64,000 nucleotides of DNA from an uncultured Aliarcobacter sp. Lineage in GTDB: Bacteria; Campylobacterota; Campylobacteria; Campylobacterales; Arcobacteraceae. The DNA lies in assembly GCA_963664305.2 (NCBI GenBank), contig CAXXLV010000002.1:1600001-1664000 (forward strand), read 5' to 3'. Position 1 is the stretch's first letter. Every line of letters starts with the position of its first letter. Positions 1 through 9,890 of the stretch are shown piece by piece. The position numbers and the translations under genes are program-made. Under the pieces are notes generated by a model. It searched no databases. It worked only from the letters and a program-made list of their open reading frames with translations, and was not told the DNA's origin.

Positions 1-180
1 CTTTCACTAATAAGTTATTTTAGTATTATTATGACCTATTTTGGAGTAAATTATTTTCTTAGTGGAAAACACTCTTACGCTGCAGGTGACCCTATACAAA
101 TCCCAAGTTTTGTATATATTTCTTTAATTGTCATTATTTTAGTGATTCTTTTATCATATAAAAATAGGAAAATTATATAA
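1..180 (+). CDS. ccsA: Cytochrome c biogenesis protein CcsA/CcsBA (System II), 3' end only
   Basis: Frame 1 reads ...IIMTYFGVNYFLSGKHSYAAGDP...KII* (TAA at 178-180); GVNY-x-L-x-G-x-HSY is the C-terminal CcsA motif. Confidence 0.85.
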   Translation, partial: LSLISYFSIIMTYFGVNYFLSGKHSYAAGDPIQIPSFVYISLIVIILVILLSYKNRKII

Positions 181-269
181 ATTTATAAATTTAATAAAAA
201 ATATTAAGATTTTTTTTATAAACGTAGCATTAAAATAGCATTCTTTAAGTTTAGAGGGAGTATAATTTC

Positions 270-488
270 ATAAATTAAGAGGTTTTATCTACACTTATCT
301 CTCCTTAGTTAAAAAATCGTAGCAATTGTGACTATTTTTTAGGATGAAACTTCTTTATTTTAAATTTGGATTTAACCAATCAAAAAAGTCGTTCTGTTTA
401 AGTAACTTAAGTTTTATTTTGCATTTAATTTATACTTTTTTAATAAAACTTAAAAAAAAAGGGAAGTCTAACCAGCTTCCCTTTTTTT
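270..488 (+). ncRNA. Candidate structured small RNA with exposed anti-Shine-Dalgarno tract
   Basis: TATAAT at 261-266; stem 277-290/342-355; UCUCUCCUU at 298-306; perfect 12-bp inverted repeat 407-418/442-453; terminator 454-488; no credible ORF. Confidence 0.4.
454..488. terminator. Bidirectional Rho-independent terminator (serS on minus strand; candidate sRNA on plus)
   Basis: A-tract, GGGAAG (461-466), loop, CTTCCC (476-481), T-tract. Confidence 0.85.
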
Positions 489-508
489 ATTTTTCGTTTA
501 AAATTTAT

Positions 509-1753
509 TTACATATATTTCTTTAAAACATCTGGAATTCTAACGCTTCCATCTTCATTTTGATAATTTTCCATAATAGCAACAAGTGTTCTTCCAACTG
601 CTAAACTTGAACCATTTAAAGTATGAGCTAAGATATTTTTCTTATCTTCTTTATATCTAATTTTTGCCCTTCTTGCTTGGAAATCTCTTGTATTTGAAAT
701 TGATGAAATTTCTCTATATTTATTTTGTCCAGGTAACCAAACTTCTAAGTCTATAGTAACAGCTGCACTAAATCCTAAATCTCCCGTACATAATTGTACT
801 TTTTGATGAGCAAGTCCTAAAGAAGTTAATAAATCACTTGCGCAATTTACCATTTTTTGGAAAATTTCATCTGATTGTTCTTGTGAAGTAATAGCAACCA
901 TTTCTACTTTATCAAATTGATGTTGTCTGATTAATCCTCTTGTATCTCTACCTGCACTTCCAGCCTCTTTTCTAAAACAAGGAGTATAAGATGTAAGTAA
1001 TAAAGGTAATTCAGTAACATCAATAATTTCATCATTATAAAGGTTTGTTAAACTAACCTCAGCTGTTGGGATTAAATATAAATCTTCACCTTCAATTTTA
1101 AATAAATCATCAGCAAATTTTGGAAGTTGCCCAGTTCCTTGAAGAGTATTTGAATTTGCCATAAATGGAACATACCACTCATGAAATCCTCTCTCTCTAT
1201 TAAAATCAAGCATATAGTTGATTAAAGCTCGCTCTAATCTTGCACCCTCACCTCTAATTGCAGAAAATCTTGATTTAGCAAGTTTTACACCTCTTTCAAA
1301 ATCTAACCAACCATTGTTTAAATCCCAATGTTCTTTTGGTTCAAAATTAAAAGTTGGTTTTTCACCAATTACTTCTAAAATCACATTTTCATTCTCATCT
1401 GCACCAACTGGAACATTCTCATCTGGAATATTTGGAACACCAAGAATAATAGAAGTTAATTGCTCTTCTAAATCTTTTACTTTTTCTTCAAGTTCTTGTT
1501 TTTTGATTTTTAAATTGTTAATATCTTCTTGAATTATTACAATATCATCAAGCTTACCTGCTTTTCTAAGCATTCCATATTCTTGAGACCTTTTATTTTG
1601 TAAAGCTGTAACATCTTCCATCTCTTGTCTTTTTTGTTTTGCAGCAGATGCTAAGTTTTTAAGGTTATTTAAAAGTTCGTTATCAACTCCCTTTCTCTCT
1701 AGGGCAGTTGCAACATATTCAAAATCTTTTTGTAGTAGTTTAATATCTATCAT
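509..1753 (-). CDS. serS: Serine--tRNA ligase
   Basis: N-terminal coiled coil, [40 protein letters not shown] class II motifs. Confidence 0.99.
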   Translation of the reverse strand: MIDIKLLQKDFEYVATALERKGVDNELLNNLKNLASAAKQKRQEMEDVTALQNKRSQEYGMLRKAGKLDDIVIIQEDINNLKIKKQELEEKVKDLEEQLTSIILGVPNIPDENVPVGADENENVILEVIGEKPTFNFEPKEHWDLNNGWLDFERGVKLAKSRFSAIRGEGARLERALINYMLDFNRERGFHEWYVPFMANSNTLQGTGQLPKFADDLFKIEGEDLYLIPTAEVSLTNLYNDEIIDVTELPLLLTSYTPCFRKEAGSAGRDTRGLIRQHQFDKVEMVAITSQEQSDEIFQKMVNCASDLLTSLGLAHQKVQLCTGDLGFSAAVTIDLEVWLPGQNKYREISSISNTRDFQARRAKIRYKEDKKNILAHTLNGSSLAVGRTLVAIMENYQNEDGSVRIPDVLKKYM

Positions 1754-1828
1754 CTTTGCTCTTTGTGTTATTTTTTGCGTGAATTATAGCTAAAAAAAAC
1801 TACAAAGAGATTAGATGATAGCCTAAAT

Positions 1829-2035
1829 TTATCCGTTCATTTCCATTTTAATAATAACATTTCCATCAACGTATTCTGTTTTAAATTTGTGTTTGTGACA
1901 GAAATCTTCATTCATAATTATACACATTTCATTTGCTTTTTCTAATGCTTCTTCAATTGTATCAAAATGTGTTTCTTGTTCGAAATCAGAATTTCTAAAA
2001 CAACCACATGCTTTTTCAACTATAACTGATGCCAT
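1829..2035 (-). CDS. Small hypothetical protein with CGC and CxxH motifs (possible metal binding)
   Basis: 68 aa ORF with AAGGA RBS; EKACGCF and FCHKH motifs. Confidence 0.75.
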   Translation of the reverse strand: MASVIVEKACGCFRNSDFEQETHFDTIEEALEKANEMCIIMNEDFCHKHKFKTEYVDGNVIIKMEMNG

Positions 2036-2104
2036 AATTCAATCCTTTATAAAATTTTTTGCAATTTTATCATAAAGAGATTAGAACTATCTTTTAAAAT
2101 TTTT

Positions 2105-3178
2105 CTACCATTCAAACTGAAAAGTTGTATGAACTATTCTAAACTTCTCTTTTAAATCATGATTTATTTGATGTAAAATCTCTTCATAATGCTCTAAATC
2201 TTTTTTATCTATTTTTACATGTGCTGTCATATTATACATATCTTGTGTAATCTCCCAAATATGAATATCATGAAGTTCAAGCACTTTTTCTTTTTTTTCT
2301 ATGAACTCTTTAACTATTGTTATATCTAAAGGTGAACTTTCAAGTAAAGTATTTGTTGAATTTTTCAAAATATCAACTGCCCATTTTCCAATAACAATTG
2401 CAACAATAACAGCTAAAATAACATCTATAAAATACCAAGATGTAAAATGAATTACTATATATCCTATAATAATTGCAACAATAACAGCTAAAATAACATC
2501 TATAAAATACCAAGATGTAAAATGAATTACTATATATCCTATAATAATTGCAACTGAAGATAAAGCATCACTTAACATATGAACAAAAGCTGATTTTAAA
2601 TTGATATTGTTTTTATCACCTTGCATCAAAATAACACCAGTTATAATATTTACAACAAGTCCAATAATTGCCACTATCATTGCAGTTTTTATATCTATTG
2701 TTTGAGGATTTAAAAATCTCATCATGGCTTCATATAAAATCCAAATAATTGATAAAACTATTGTTATTCCATTTATAAAAGCTGCCAGTACTTCTGTTCT
2801 ATAATAACCAAATGTTTTAGCTATTGGTGCTTTTTTACTTGCTATTATTATTGCAATTAATGAAATAATCAATGCAAATGAGTGAGTAAACATATGAATT
2901 GCATCTGAAATTAGAGCTAAAGAGTTTGACATAAATCCATAAAAAAACTCTAAAAACATCGTAACTAGAGTAATACTCAAAGCCCATTTTAAAACTTTTT
3001 TATCTGTTCCTCTATGGTCATGAGAGTGCCCATGTTCATGATGTTCATCATGGTGATGACCAGAACAATGGTGTCCATCATGATGATGTTCATGTTCTTC
3101 ATGGTCATGATGGTGATGATGATGTTTTTGTTCTAGATATGGTTTATGGTCATTCAGACCAAATCTACAATTTTCCAT
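2105..3178 (-). CDS. Cation diffusion facilitator (CzcD/ZitB-like) with His-rich N-terminus and internal 25-aa duplication
   Basis: SLALISDAIHM and HMLSD metal-site motifs, FGYYR, LHDIHIW, HTTFQFE; poly-His N-terminus. Confidence 0.93.
   Translation of the reverse strand: MENCRFGLNDHKPYLEQKHHHHHHDHEEHEHHHDGHHCSGHHHDEHHEHGHSHDHRGTDKKVLKWALSITLVTMFLEFFYGFMSNSLALISDAIHMFTHSFALIISLIAIIIASKKAPIAKTFGYYRTEVLAAFINGITIVLSIIWILYEAMMRFLNPQTIDIKTAMIVAIIGLVVNIITGVILMQGDKNNINLKSAFVHMLSDALSSVAIIIGYIVIHFTSWYFIDVILAVIVAIIIGYIVIHFTSWYFIDVILAVIVAIVIGKWAVDILKNSTNTLLESSPLDITIVKEFIEKKEKVLELHDIHIWEITQDMYNMTAHVKIDKKDLEHYEEILHQINHDLKEKFRIVHTTFQFEW
2396..2554. repeat. Perfect 75-bp tandem duplication (2396-2470 = 2471-2545) bounded by 9-bp microhomology AATTGCAAC
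   Basis: Direct sequence comparison; AATTGCAAC starts at 2396, 2471 and 2546. Confidence 0.97.
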
Positions 3179-3313
3179 TTTATTCCCAATAATTCAAAAT
3201 TTTTTCTTATCTTACAATGAATATACTATATTTATTCCCCAAAATAAACAACTACTAAAAATTAATTTTAGTAACTTTCGATATAATCTGACCAAAAAAA
3301 GAAGGATTTTGAT

Positions 3314-4279
3314 TTGAGAATTTTATCAGGTATTCAACCATCAGGAACAATACATATAGGAAACTATTTTGGTATGATAAAAAAGATGATAGAGTCACAA
3401 GATGAAGGTGAACTTTTCGCTTTTTTAGCATCATATCATGCTTTAACATCGGTAAAAGATAAAGAGGCTTTAGAAAAAAATACTTATGAAGCTGCAATTA
3501 ACTTTTTAGCACTTGGAATGGACCCAGAGAAATCTACATTTTGGGTTCAACACGATGTAAAAGAGGTTCTTGAACTATATTGGATACTATCAAATCATAC
3601 TTCTATGGGATTATTAGAAAGAGCTCACTCTTATAAAGATAAAACAGCACGTGGAATTCAAGCAAATCACGGTCTGTTTTCATATCCAGTTTTAATGGCA
3701 GCTGATATTTTACTATTTGATTCAAATATTGTACCAGTTGGGAAAGACCAAATTCAACACGTTGAAATGACAAGAGATATTGCAACTTCATTTAATTTTG
3801 CTTATGGAAAAGAAGTTTTTATACTTCCTGAATCAAGAGTAGATGAAGTAGTTGCAACAGTTCCTGGAACAGATGGAGCAAAAATGTCTAAATCATACAA
3901 CAATACAATTGATATGTTTACAACACCAAAACAAAGAAAAAAACAAGTTATGGGAATAGTAACTGATTCAAAAGAGCTTGATGAACCAAAAGAGTGGGAA
4001 AATTGTAATATTTATGCTTTATCTAAACTATTTATGAATGAAGATGAGTTAAAAGATTTACAAAAAAGATATGCAACACCTGGTGAAGGTTATGGGCATT
4101 TTAAAATGACACTACTTGATAAAATAAATGAATATTTTGCACCTTATGAAGAAAAAAGAGCATACTATTCAAATAATATAAAAGAAGTAAGAGAAATATT
4201 AGATTTTGGAGCAAGTAAAGCTAAAAAAATTGCATCTGCTAAAATGGAAATTATTAGAGATGCAGTTGGTTTAATCTAA
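3314..4279 (+). CDS. trpS: Tryptophan--tRNA ligase
   Basis: SGIQPSG-HIGN, YPVLMAADIL, VPVGKDQ, KMSKS; TTG start after AAGGA. Confidence 0.99.
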   Translation: MRILSGIQPSGTIHIGNYFGMIKKMIESQDEGELFAFLASYHALTSVKDKEALEKNTYEAAINFLALGMDPEKSTFWVQHDVKEVLELYWILSNHTSMGLLERAHSYKDKTARGIQANHGLFSYPVLMAADILLFDSNIVPVGKDQIQHVEMTRDIATSFNFAYGKEVFILPESRVDEVVATVPGTDGAKMSKSYNNTIDMFTTPKQRKKQVMGIVTDSKELDEPKEWENCNIYALSKLFMNEDELKDLQKRYATPGEGYGHFKMTLLDKINEYFAPYEEKRAYYSNNIKEVREILDFGASKAKKIASAKMEIIRDAVGLI

Positions 4280-4289
4280 AAGTTTTCAA

Positions 4290-5639
4290 ATGTTACCTAC
4301 AATTGAAGACATCGCTGTTAAAACTATAATTTCAATAGAAATTGATAAACCTTTGAAAGAAGCCATAAAAAAAATGGTTTCTTCAAATCATAGAAATATT
4401 GTAGTTATTGAAACTCTTCTAGATAATCATAAAAAATTTTATCTTCTAACTATTACTGATTTAATTGAATATAAGTTAGGAAATATAAATGAAGATGTTT
4501 TATTAAAAGATTTAACTCTCTCACCAGCAAAAATTTTACAAAGAGATTTAAATATATTAAATGTTTTAAATGAAGTAGATGCAACTGACAAATATATGGT
4601 TATAGTAGAAAAAGATGAATTGATTGGTATTTTATCTTACTCAGATATTATAAATAACATTGACCCAAAAATTCTGATGAAAAAGCAAACTATTGCAACT
4701 TTGATTTTACAATACAAAGCTACAACTACTTATGAAAATACTTCAACTATTCAAGCCATAAGACTTATGAAAGATAACAACAGTGATTCAATTATCATAA
4801 TTGATGATGAACATAAAGCTCTTGGTATTTTTACAACAAAAGATTTTATAAATCTAATTCATTTAAATGCTGATTTACACAAACCAATAAGTTGTTATAT
4901 GACAAAACCTGTTTGTACTTTAAGTGAAGATTCTACAATTTCTGAAGCAATTGACTTTATTAGAGATAAACACTTTAAAAGAATAGTTGTAACAAATGAA
5001 AATAATGAAATTACAGGAATTTTAACACAAAAAGAACTCTTGCGAATAATCTATAATAAATGGATAGATTTCATTAAAGAAGAAGGGAATAGAATCTCTA
5101 AAATAAATGAAGAGTTACTTTCAAAAGCTAATAAACTTGAAGAAAAAGCCTCTTTTGATTTTTTAACAAAACTTTATAATAGAAGAAAATTTAACTCTTT
5201 TTTAGAGTATGAAATTTCAAAAGCAAACAGATATAAAGAACAACATCTATCTTTATTACTTGTAGATATTGATTATTTTAAAAATGTAAATGATACCTTT
5301 GGTCATTTAGTGGGTGATAATATTTTACAAGAAGTTAGTAAGATTTTAACTATCTGTTCAAGAGATACTGATATTGTTGCTCGTTGGGGAGGAGAAGAGT
5401 TTATTTTAATGCTTCCACAAACAAATATTGAACAAGCTATTTTAGTAGCTGAAAAATTAAGAGCAACAGTAGAAAAACACAAATTTGACGAAATAAAACA
5501 TATTACTTGTTCAATTGGTGTTGCACAATTTCATAGAAACGAAGATAAAGACACCTTATTTAAAAGAGTTGATTCTGCTTTATATAAAGCAAAAAAAACT
5601 GGAAGAAATAAAGTTGAGATTGAACAAAATGATTTTTAA
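4290..5639 (+). CDS. Diguanylate cyclase with N-terminal CBS domains
   Basis: Repeated CBS-like GILS/GIFT/GILT segments; DIDYFK, GGEEF active site, RDTD I-site. Confidence 0.92.
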   Translation: MLPTIEDIAVKTIISIEIDKPLKEAIKKMVSSNHRNIVVIETLLDNHKKFYLLTITDLIEYKLGNINEDVLLKDLTLSPAKILQRDLNILNVLNEVDATDKYMVIVEKDELIGILSYSDIINNIDPKILMKKQTIATLILQYKATTTYENTSTIQAIRLMKDNNSDSIIIIDDEHKALGIFTTKDFINLIHLNADLHKPISCYMTKPVCTLSEDSTISEAIDFIRDKHFKRIVVTNENNEITGILTQKELLRIIYNKWIDFIKEEGNRISKINEELLSKANKLEEKASFDFLTKLYNRRKFNSFLEYEISKANRYKEQHLSLLLVDIDYFKNVNDTFGHLVGDNILQEVSKILTICSRDTDIVARWGGEEFILMLPQTNIEQAILVAEKLRATVEKHKFDEIKHITCSIGVAQFHRNEDKDTLFKRVDSALYKAKKTGRNKVEIEQNDF

Positions 5640-5647
5640 CTAAAAAG

Positions 5648-6250
5648 TTATAAAAGTTTCACTTTTATAACTTTTTCAACATTCAAAGAAATATCTTCAA
5701 CTCTTTTTTGCCAAAGTTTACCAAACTCAATCTTTTCATCTTTTAAAGCAGTTCCTTGAATACATTTTTGCATCAAAAAATTCATATTTTCATGTGGTTT
5801 TATTTCATTTGGATTATAAAAAACATCTACACTTTTTAAAGTATCTTTTCTTGTAAATCTTACACTTGCACCATTTATATTTTGTTCAAATTTCATTAAA
5901 TGGTTTCTATCAAATTTTCCATTTAATCCTTTAAAACCATTTGTTGTAGTAGCTCCCGTGATATTCATTATTACATTTCCAATAACTCCAGCAACTCCTT
6001 CATTTTGATTTTCTTTAAATTCAACAATAATTTCTCCACGTTTTGCTATTTCATTTTCAAATAAAGCTTTTAAACCTTCAAAAGTCATAAGATAAGCACT
6101 TAAAACTGTAGGACAAGAGTGACCTGCACTTTTTACTATATCTAAATATGAAAATTCTATTATTCCATCTTCAAATGCACCTAAAAAACCAGCTAGTTCA
6201 TCTTTTAAAATTATGTTTGGGATTTTGTCAAAAAATTGTGGGTAAGTCAT
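5648..6250 (-). CDS. FmdE-like conserved hypothetical protein
   Basis: GHSCP motif near the N-terminus resembles the FmdE H-x-CP motif. Confidence 0.6.
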   Translation of the reverse strand: MTYPQFFDKIPNIILKDELAGFLGAFEDGIIEFSYLDIVKSAGHSCPTVLSAYLMTFEGLKALFENEIAKRGEIIVEFKENQNEGVAGVIGNVIMNITGATTTNGFKGLNGKFDRNHLMKFEQNINGASVRFTRKDTLKSVDVFYNPNEIKPHENMNFLMQKCIQGTALKDEKIEFGKLWQKRVEDISLNVEKVIKVKLL

Positions 6251-6271
6251 TTTAAACCTTTGTGCTAATTA

Positions 6272-6300
6272 CTAACACAAAAGTAAAATTTTTGTGTTAG
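6272..6300. terminator. Intergenic hairpin (11-bp stem), possible terminator
   Basis: CTAACACAAAA (6272-6282) / TTTTGTGTTAG (6290-6300). Confidence 0.55.
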
Positions 6301-6301
6301 A

Positions 6302-6997
6302 TTATTTCTTTTTACAAATAAAAATTAATTTATCTGCAATTTCTTCCGTGTGAAGATTAAACTCTTTTATTTCAATTAGTTCAAATCCAGTTTCATCTAA
6401 AACTTTTGTTAAAAACTCTTTTGAGTGATACTCTTGAATAATTGAATCTTGTTCTTTTGAAAAAAGTCCATTTTCTTGCTTTTCAAATAAAGTTATATCT
6501 GTTTGAAGTTTTTCATCTTCAAAGTTTGCATCAATTGCAATAAATTTATCTTCAACATCAATTGTGATACAACCTTGTGCTATCTCATCGAAACCGAAAT
6601 ATGAGTTTACATCAAAAATAAAAGATGCACCTTGATTTAAAACAAGATTAGTCTCTTTTAAAAATGTTTTTAATTCTTTTTTAGGAATATAATTTAGAAC
6701 ATCAAATATTGCAGTTGCACAATCAAATTTTTCTTTTACATCTTTTAAAGCAATTGCTTGTGTATTTAAACCTTTTGCTTGGCAAACTTTTATTTGTTCA
6801 ACACTTAAATCAATTCCAAAATATTTCTTTTTATTTACTTTTAAATTCTCTAAAAAATATCCTTGACCACAACCAATATCAATAATATTGTCTAAATCAT
6901 TAGTCATAACAAATCGTAAAAACTCTTTGTGTAAAGTATAAACCTCTTCTTCAAAATCTAAAAAAGGTTCTATCTTAGCGTATAAATCTAATCCCAT
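6302..6997 (-). CDS. Class I SAM-dependent methyltransferase
   Basis: IIDIGCGQG motif I, GIDLS motif II. Confidence 0.9.
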   Translation of the reverse strand: MGLDLYAKIEPFLDFEEEVYTLHKEFLRFVMTNDLDNIIDIGCGQGYFLENLKVNKKKYFGIDLSVEQIKVCQAKGLNTQAIALKDVKEKFDCATAIFDVLNYIPKKELKTFLKETNLVLNQGASFIFDVNSYFGFDEIAQGCITIDVEDKFIAIDANFEDEKLQTDITLFEKQENGLFSKEQDSIIQEYHSKEFLTKVLDETGFELIEIKEFNLHTEEIADKLIFICKKK

Positions 6998-7605
6998 TAT
7001 AAGTGTACTTCTATTTTTTCTTTTAAATCTAAGATTAAATCTTTTTTAGCATAAAATGAGTTTTTATTTGCAATTAAGTGTGCGCTACTTTCCATAATAG
7101 TTGGTCCTACTTCTAGACCATTTTGTTTCATTGTTTCACCAGTTTCAACAATATCAACAATACAATCACAAAGTCCAACTAAAGGTGCAAGTTCAATAGA
7201 ACCATAAAGTTTAATAATCTCAACTGCCATTGCTTTTTGTTCAAAGAATTTTTTTGCAATTTTTTCATGTTTTGTAGCAATTGTGATTTTACTTTTGTCA
7301 AAATTTAGTTTTTCACCTTTTCTTAAACCAAAAGCAACTTTACATTTTCCTAACTCTAAATCCAAAAGTTTGATTAGGTCGTACTCTTTTTCTTCTAATA
7401 CATCAAGTCCAACAACCCCTAAATCTGCTGCTCCATGCATTACATAAGTTGGTACATCTTGATTTCTTACATTTAAAAAAGTAAATCCACTTTTTTTTAG
7501 TATTAATTTTCTATCTTCAAAAACAAACTTTTCACCAAAAGCTTTTTCAAATTTATCAAGAGTCTCCTCAGCAATTCTTCCCTTAGGCAATGCAATTGTT
7601 AGCAT
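6997..7605 (-). CDS. hisG: ATP phosphoribosyltransferase, short form
   Basis: IALPKGRI, GSIELAP, IVDIVETGETMKQNGL; ATG at 7605 preferred over TTG at 7608 by RBS spacing. Confidence 0.97.
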   Translation of the reverse strand: MLTIALPKGRIAEETLDKFEKAFGEKFVFEDRKLILKKSGFTFLNVRNQDVPTYVMHGAADLGVVGLDVLEEKEYDLIKLLDLELGKCKVAFGLRKGEKLNFDKSKITIATKHEKIAKKFFEQKAMAVEIIKLYGSIELAPLVGLCDCIVDIVETGETMKQNGLEVGPTIMESSAHLIANKNSFYAKKDLILDLKEKIEVHL

Positions 7606-8209
7606 CAATTATCCTTTTCATATTCTCAAATATTAAATCTTTTTTATATGTACTATTTTCAAAATATTTACTTAAAAGCTCTCCATCACCACCAGTAAAT
7701 ATTATATTTTTATTTAAACTTACTTCTTTGATAGGTAAAATGATAGATTTTAGCATAGCATATTGTATAGCATCATGTGTACGAAGCGGTATTTTATCTA
7801 AATTTATATTTTTTTCAAAATCAAACTTTAATTTTTTTGAAATTTTTGGATAACTTTTCATAAATCTTCTTAAACCTAAAAGAATAAATCCACCTTGATG
7901 TTGTCCATTTTCCATAACATCAACTGTTATTGCACTTCCTGCATCAACAATCACACAGTTATCTTGAAAGCTACAAGCTACTGCTCTATCTATTCCTAAA
8001 CCTTGATAAGCTGTAGAAAATTTCAAAAATTTATTTATGTTTTTTGCATGTGGATTTTTTTTAAGTAATCTCTTTGTAGCTTTTTCATTTACAGATACAA
8101 AATAAATTTCATCATCAAACTTTGGAACTTTTTCATCTAAAAAATATTTTTTGTGTTTATCACGTATTAAAAAATGATAAGTTGTATTTCCAATATCACA
8201 TAAAATCAA
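7583..8209 (-). CDS. coaX: Type III pantothenate kinase
   Basis: DIGNT, LGIDR, VDAGSAITVD, TGGDG; probable TTG start at 8209 (ORF track begins 8227). Confidence 0.93.
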   Translation of the reverse strand: MILCDIGNTTYHFLIRDKHKKYFLDEKVPKFDDEIYFVSVNEKATKRLLKKNPHAKNINKFLKFSTAYQGLGIDRAVACSFQDNCVIVDAGSAITVDVMENGQHQGGFILLGLRRFMKSYPKISKKLKFDFEKNINLDKIPLRTHDAIQYAMLKSIILPIKEVSLNKNIIFTGGDGELLSKYFENSTYKKDLIFENMKRIIDANNCIA

Positions 8210-8528
8210 CTCTAACACTCCAATCATTTTGTTTTAAATACTCTTTTGCTTTTGAGCAAAGAGGACTTGAAATTAACAACTCTTTTTTCTTAAAATTGTG
8301 TCCTAAAAAAGTTGCTAATTTCTCACATAATTCCATCAAATCATCTGCATTTTTTCTAATAAATCTACTTTTTGAATCAACTATAAATATAGCATAAAAT
8401 TTTGAATCAATTGAAGTTGCACTATAAATATCTATTTTTTTTCTACTATCTAATTCTTTTGGTAAAATCTGTTTAATCTCTTTAAAAAGTATATTTTTAT
8501 TTGTATAATACGTTGTTAGTTCTTTCAA
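8196..8528 (-). CDS. Hypothetical protein, first gene of the coaX-hisG run
   Basis: ORF overlaps coaX start; AAAGGA upstream of TTG at 8528 (ORF track extends to 8597). Confidence 0.7.
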   Translation of the reverse strand: MKELTTYYTNKNILFKEIKQILPKELDSRKKIDIYSATSIDSKFYAIFIVDSKSRFIRKNADDLMELCEKLATFLGHNFKKKELLISSPLCSKAKEYLKQNDWSVRVDFM

Positions 8529-8639
8529 TATCTTTCCTTTATGGTATAGATTATATCCAATAAACTCTTTTAAATTATCACAATTTTGACATATCAATTA
8601 GGTATAATAATAACAAAATCACTAATTAAAAAAGGGAAT

Positions 8640-9413
8640 ATGGATACTTTAAGTTATCAAGACCAAACAATTATCACAAGAGGGATTATAAAAGCTGCTG
8701 TTTTAATGTCAGAATTTGGAGCAGAATCTATTTTGATTGAACAAACAGCTCAAAGATTAGGGAAAGCTTTAGGAGTTGATTCAGTTGAAATTTCTCTTAT
8801 TCCATCAGCAATTGTTTTAACAACTTTATACAATAATCAATCAGTTACAACAACAAGAAGAGTTCATCATAAACCAATAAATATGTCTATTGTTTGTGAA
8901 ATCCAAAAAATTGTTATTGATATAGAAAAATATGAACATGATGTTGAATATTTAGATGAAATTTTAAAAAATTTAAAACCAAATTATTACAATAGATGGG
9001 CTGTAGTTTTTATGGTTGGAATTGCTTGTGCATCATTTGCCTATTTACAAGGAAGTGATTCAAGTGCATTTTTTATAACTTTTTTAGCAGCTGCAACGGC
9101 AATGTTTGTAAGACAAGAATTAGCAAAAAGAAAATTTGTTTTAATTATCACTTTTGGAGTTACAGCATTTGTAGCAACGATGATTGCAAGTATTTCTCAA
9201 ATAGCAGGAGTTAGTGCAACTCCAAATATAGCACTAGCATCAAGTGTATTATTACTTGCTCCTGGATTTGCCTTTGTAAACTCATTTTTAGACTCTTTAA
9301 AAGGTTATTTGATGATGGGTTGGGGACGTTGGATGGATGGAGTATTACTAACTATTGCAACTTCAATTGGAATTATTATAGCTATGGCTATTTTAAATAT
9401 GAAAGGTTGGTAA
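8640..9413 (+). CDS. ThrE/YjjP family threonine/serine/succinate exporter subunit
   Basis: N-terminal soluble domain (GAES...EQTAQRL), multiple TMs, LLLAPG motif; ATG at 8640 after AAGGGA. Confidence 0.85.
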   Translation: MDTLSYQDQTIITRGIIKAAVLMSEFGAESILIEQTAQRLGKALGVDSVEISLIPSAIVLTTLYNNQSVTTTRRVHHKPINMSIVCEIQKIVIDIEKYEHDVEYLDEILKNLKPNYYNRWAVVFMVGIACASFAYLQGSDSSAFFITFLAAATAMFVRQELAKRKFVLIITFGVTAFVATMIASISQIAGVSATPNIALASSVLLLAPGFAFVNSFLDSLKGYLMMGWGRWMDGVLLTIATSIGIIIAMAILNMKGW

Positions 9414-9414
9414 G

Positions 9415-9885
9415 ATGACAGAAATAATAGTAAAAATGCTTATAGAATCTATCTTTGCGAGTATTGCATCTGTTGGTTTTGCCATGGTTTTTAATGTGCC
9501 TAGACATACTTTGGTTTATTGTGCATTTGGTGGAGCAATTACTTATATAGCTAGAACTATGTTTTTACACTTAGGATTAGGAATTGAAATATCAACTTTT
9601 TTAGCTTCAACTTTTATAGGAATTGTTGCTCTTAGATGGTCAAGAAAATATTTAATACCAAGACCAGTTTATACAGTTGCTTCAATTATTCCAATGATTC
9701 CTGGAACTTATGCATTTGCAGCCATGATTAGTTTAGTTGATATGAATAGTCATGGTGTTACAACTGAATTAATAGATATTTTTATTCACAATGGATTAAA
9801 AGCAGTTTCTATTTTGGGAGCTATTAGTTTTGGTTTAGCGTTACCTTCACTATATTTTATGAGATTAAATAGACCAATTATTTAA
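9415..9885 (+). CDS. YjjB/ThrE_2 family exporter subunit
   Basis: GFAMVFNVP and IIPMIPG motifs; adjacent to ThrE partner. Confidence 0.85.
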   Translation: MTEIIVKMLIESIFASIASVGFAMVFNVPRHTLVYCAFGGAITYIARTMFLHLGLGIEISTFLASTFIGIVALRWSRKYLIPRPVYTVASIIPMIPGTYAFAAMISLVDMNSHGVTTELIDIFIHNGLKAVSILGAISFGLALPSLYFMRLNRPII

Positions 9886-9890
9886 CAATT

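Noticed and set aside
344..526. 60-aa plus-strand ORF
   Set aside because: Runs through a terminator, low-complexity F/L/K composition, no properly spaced RBS.
3010..3130. CAT/CAC-rich repeat tract
   Set aside because: Explained by the His-rich N-terminus of the CDF transporter; not a CRISPR or satellite.
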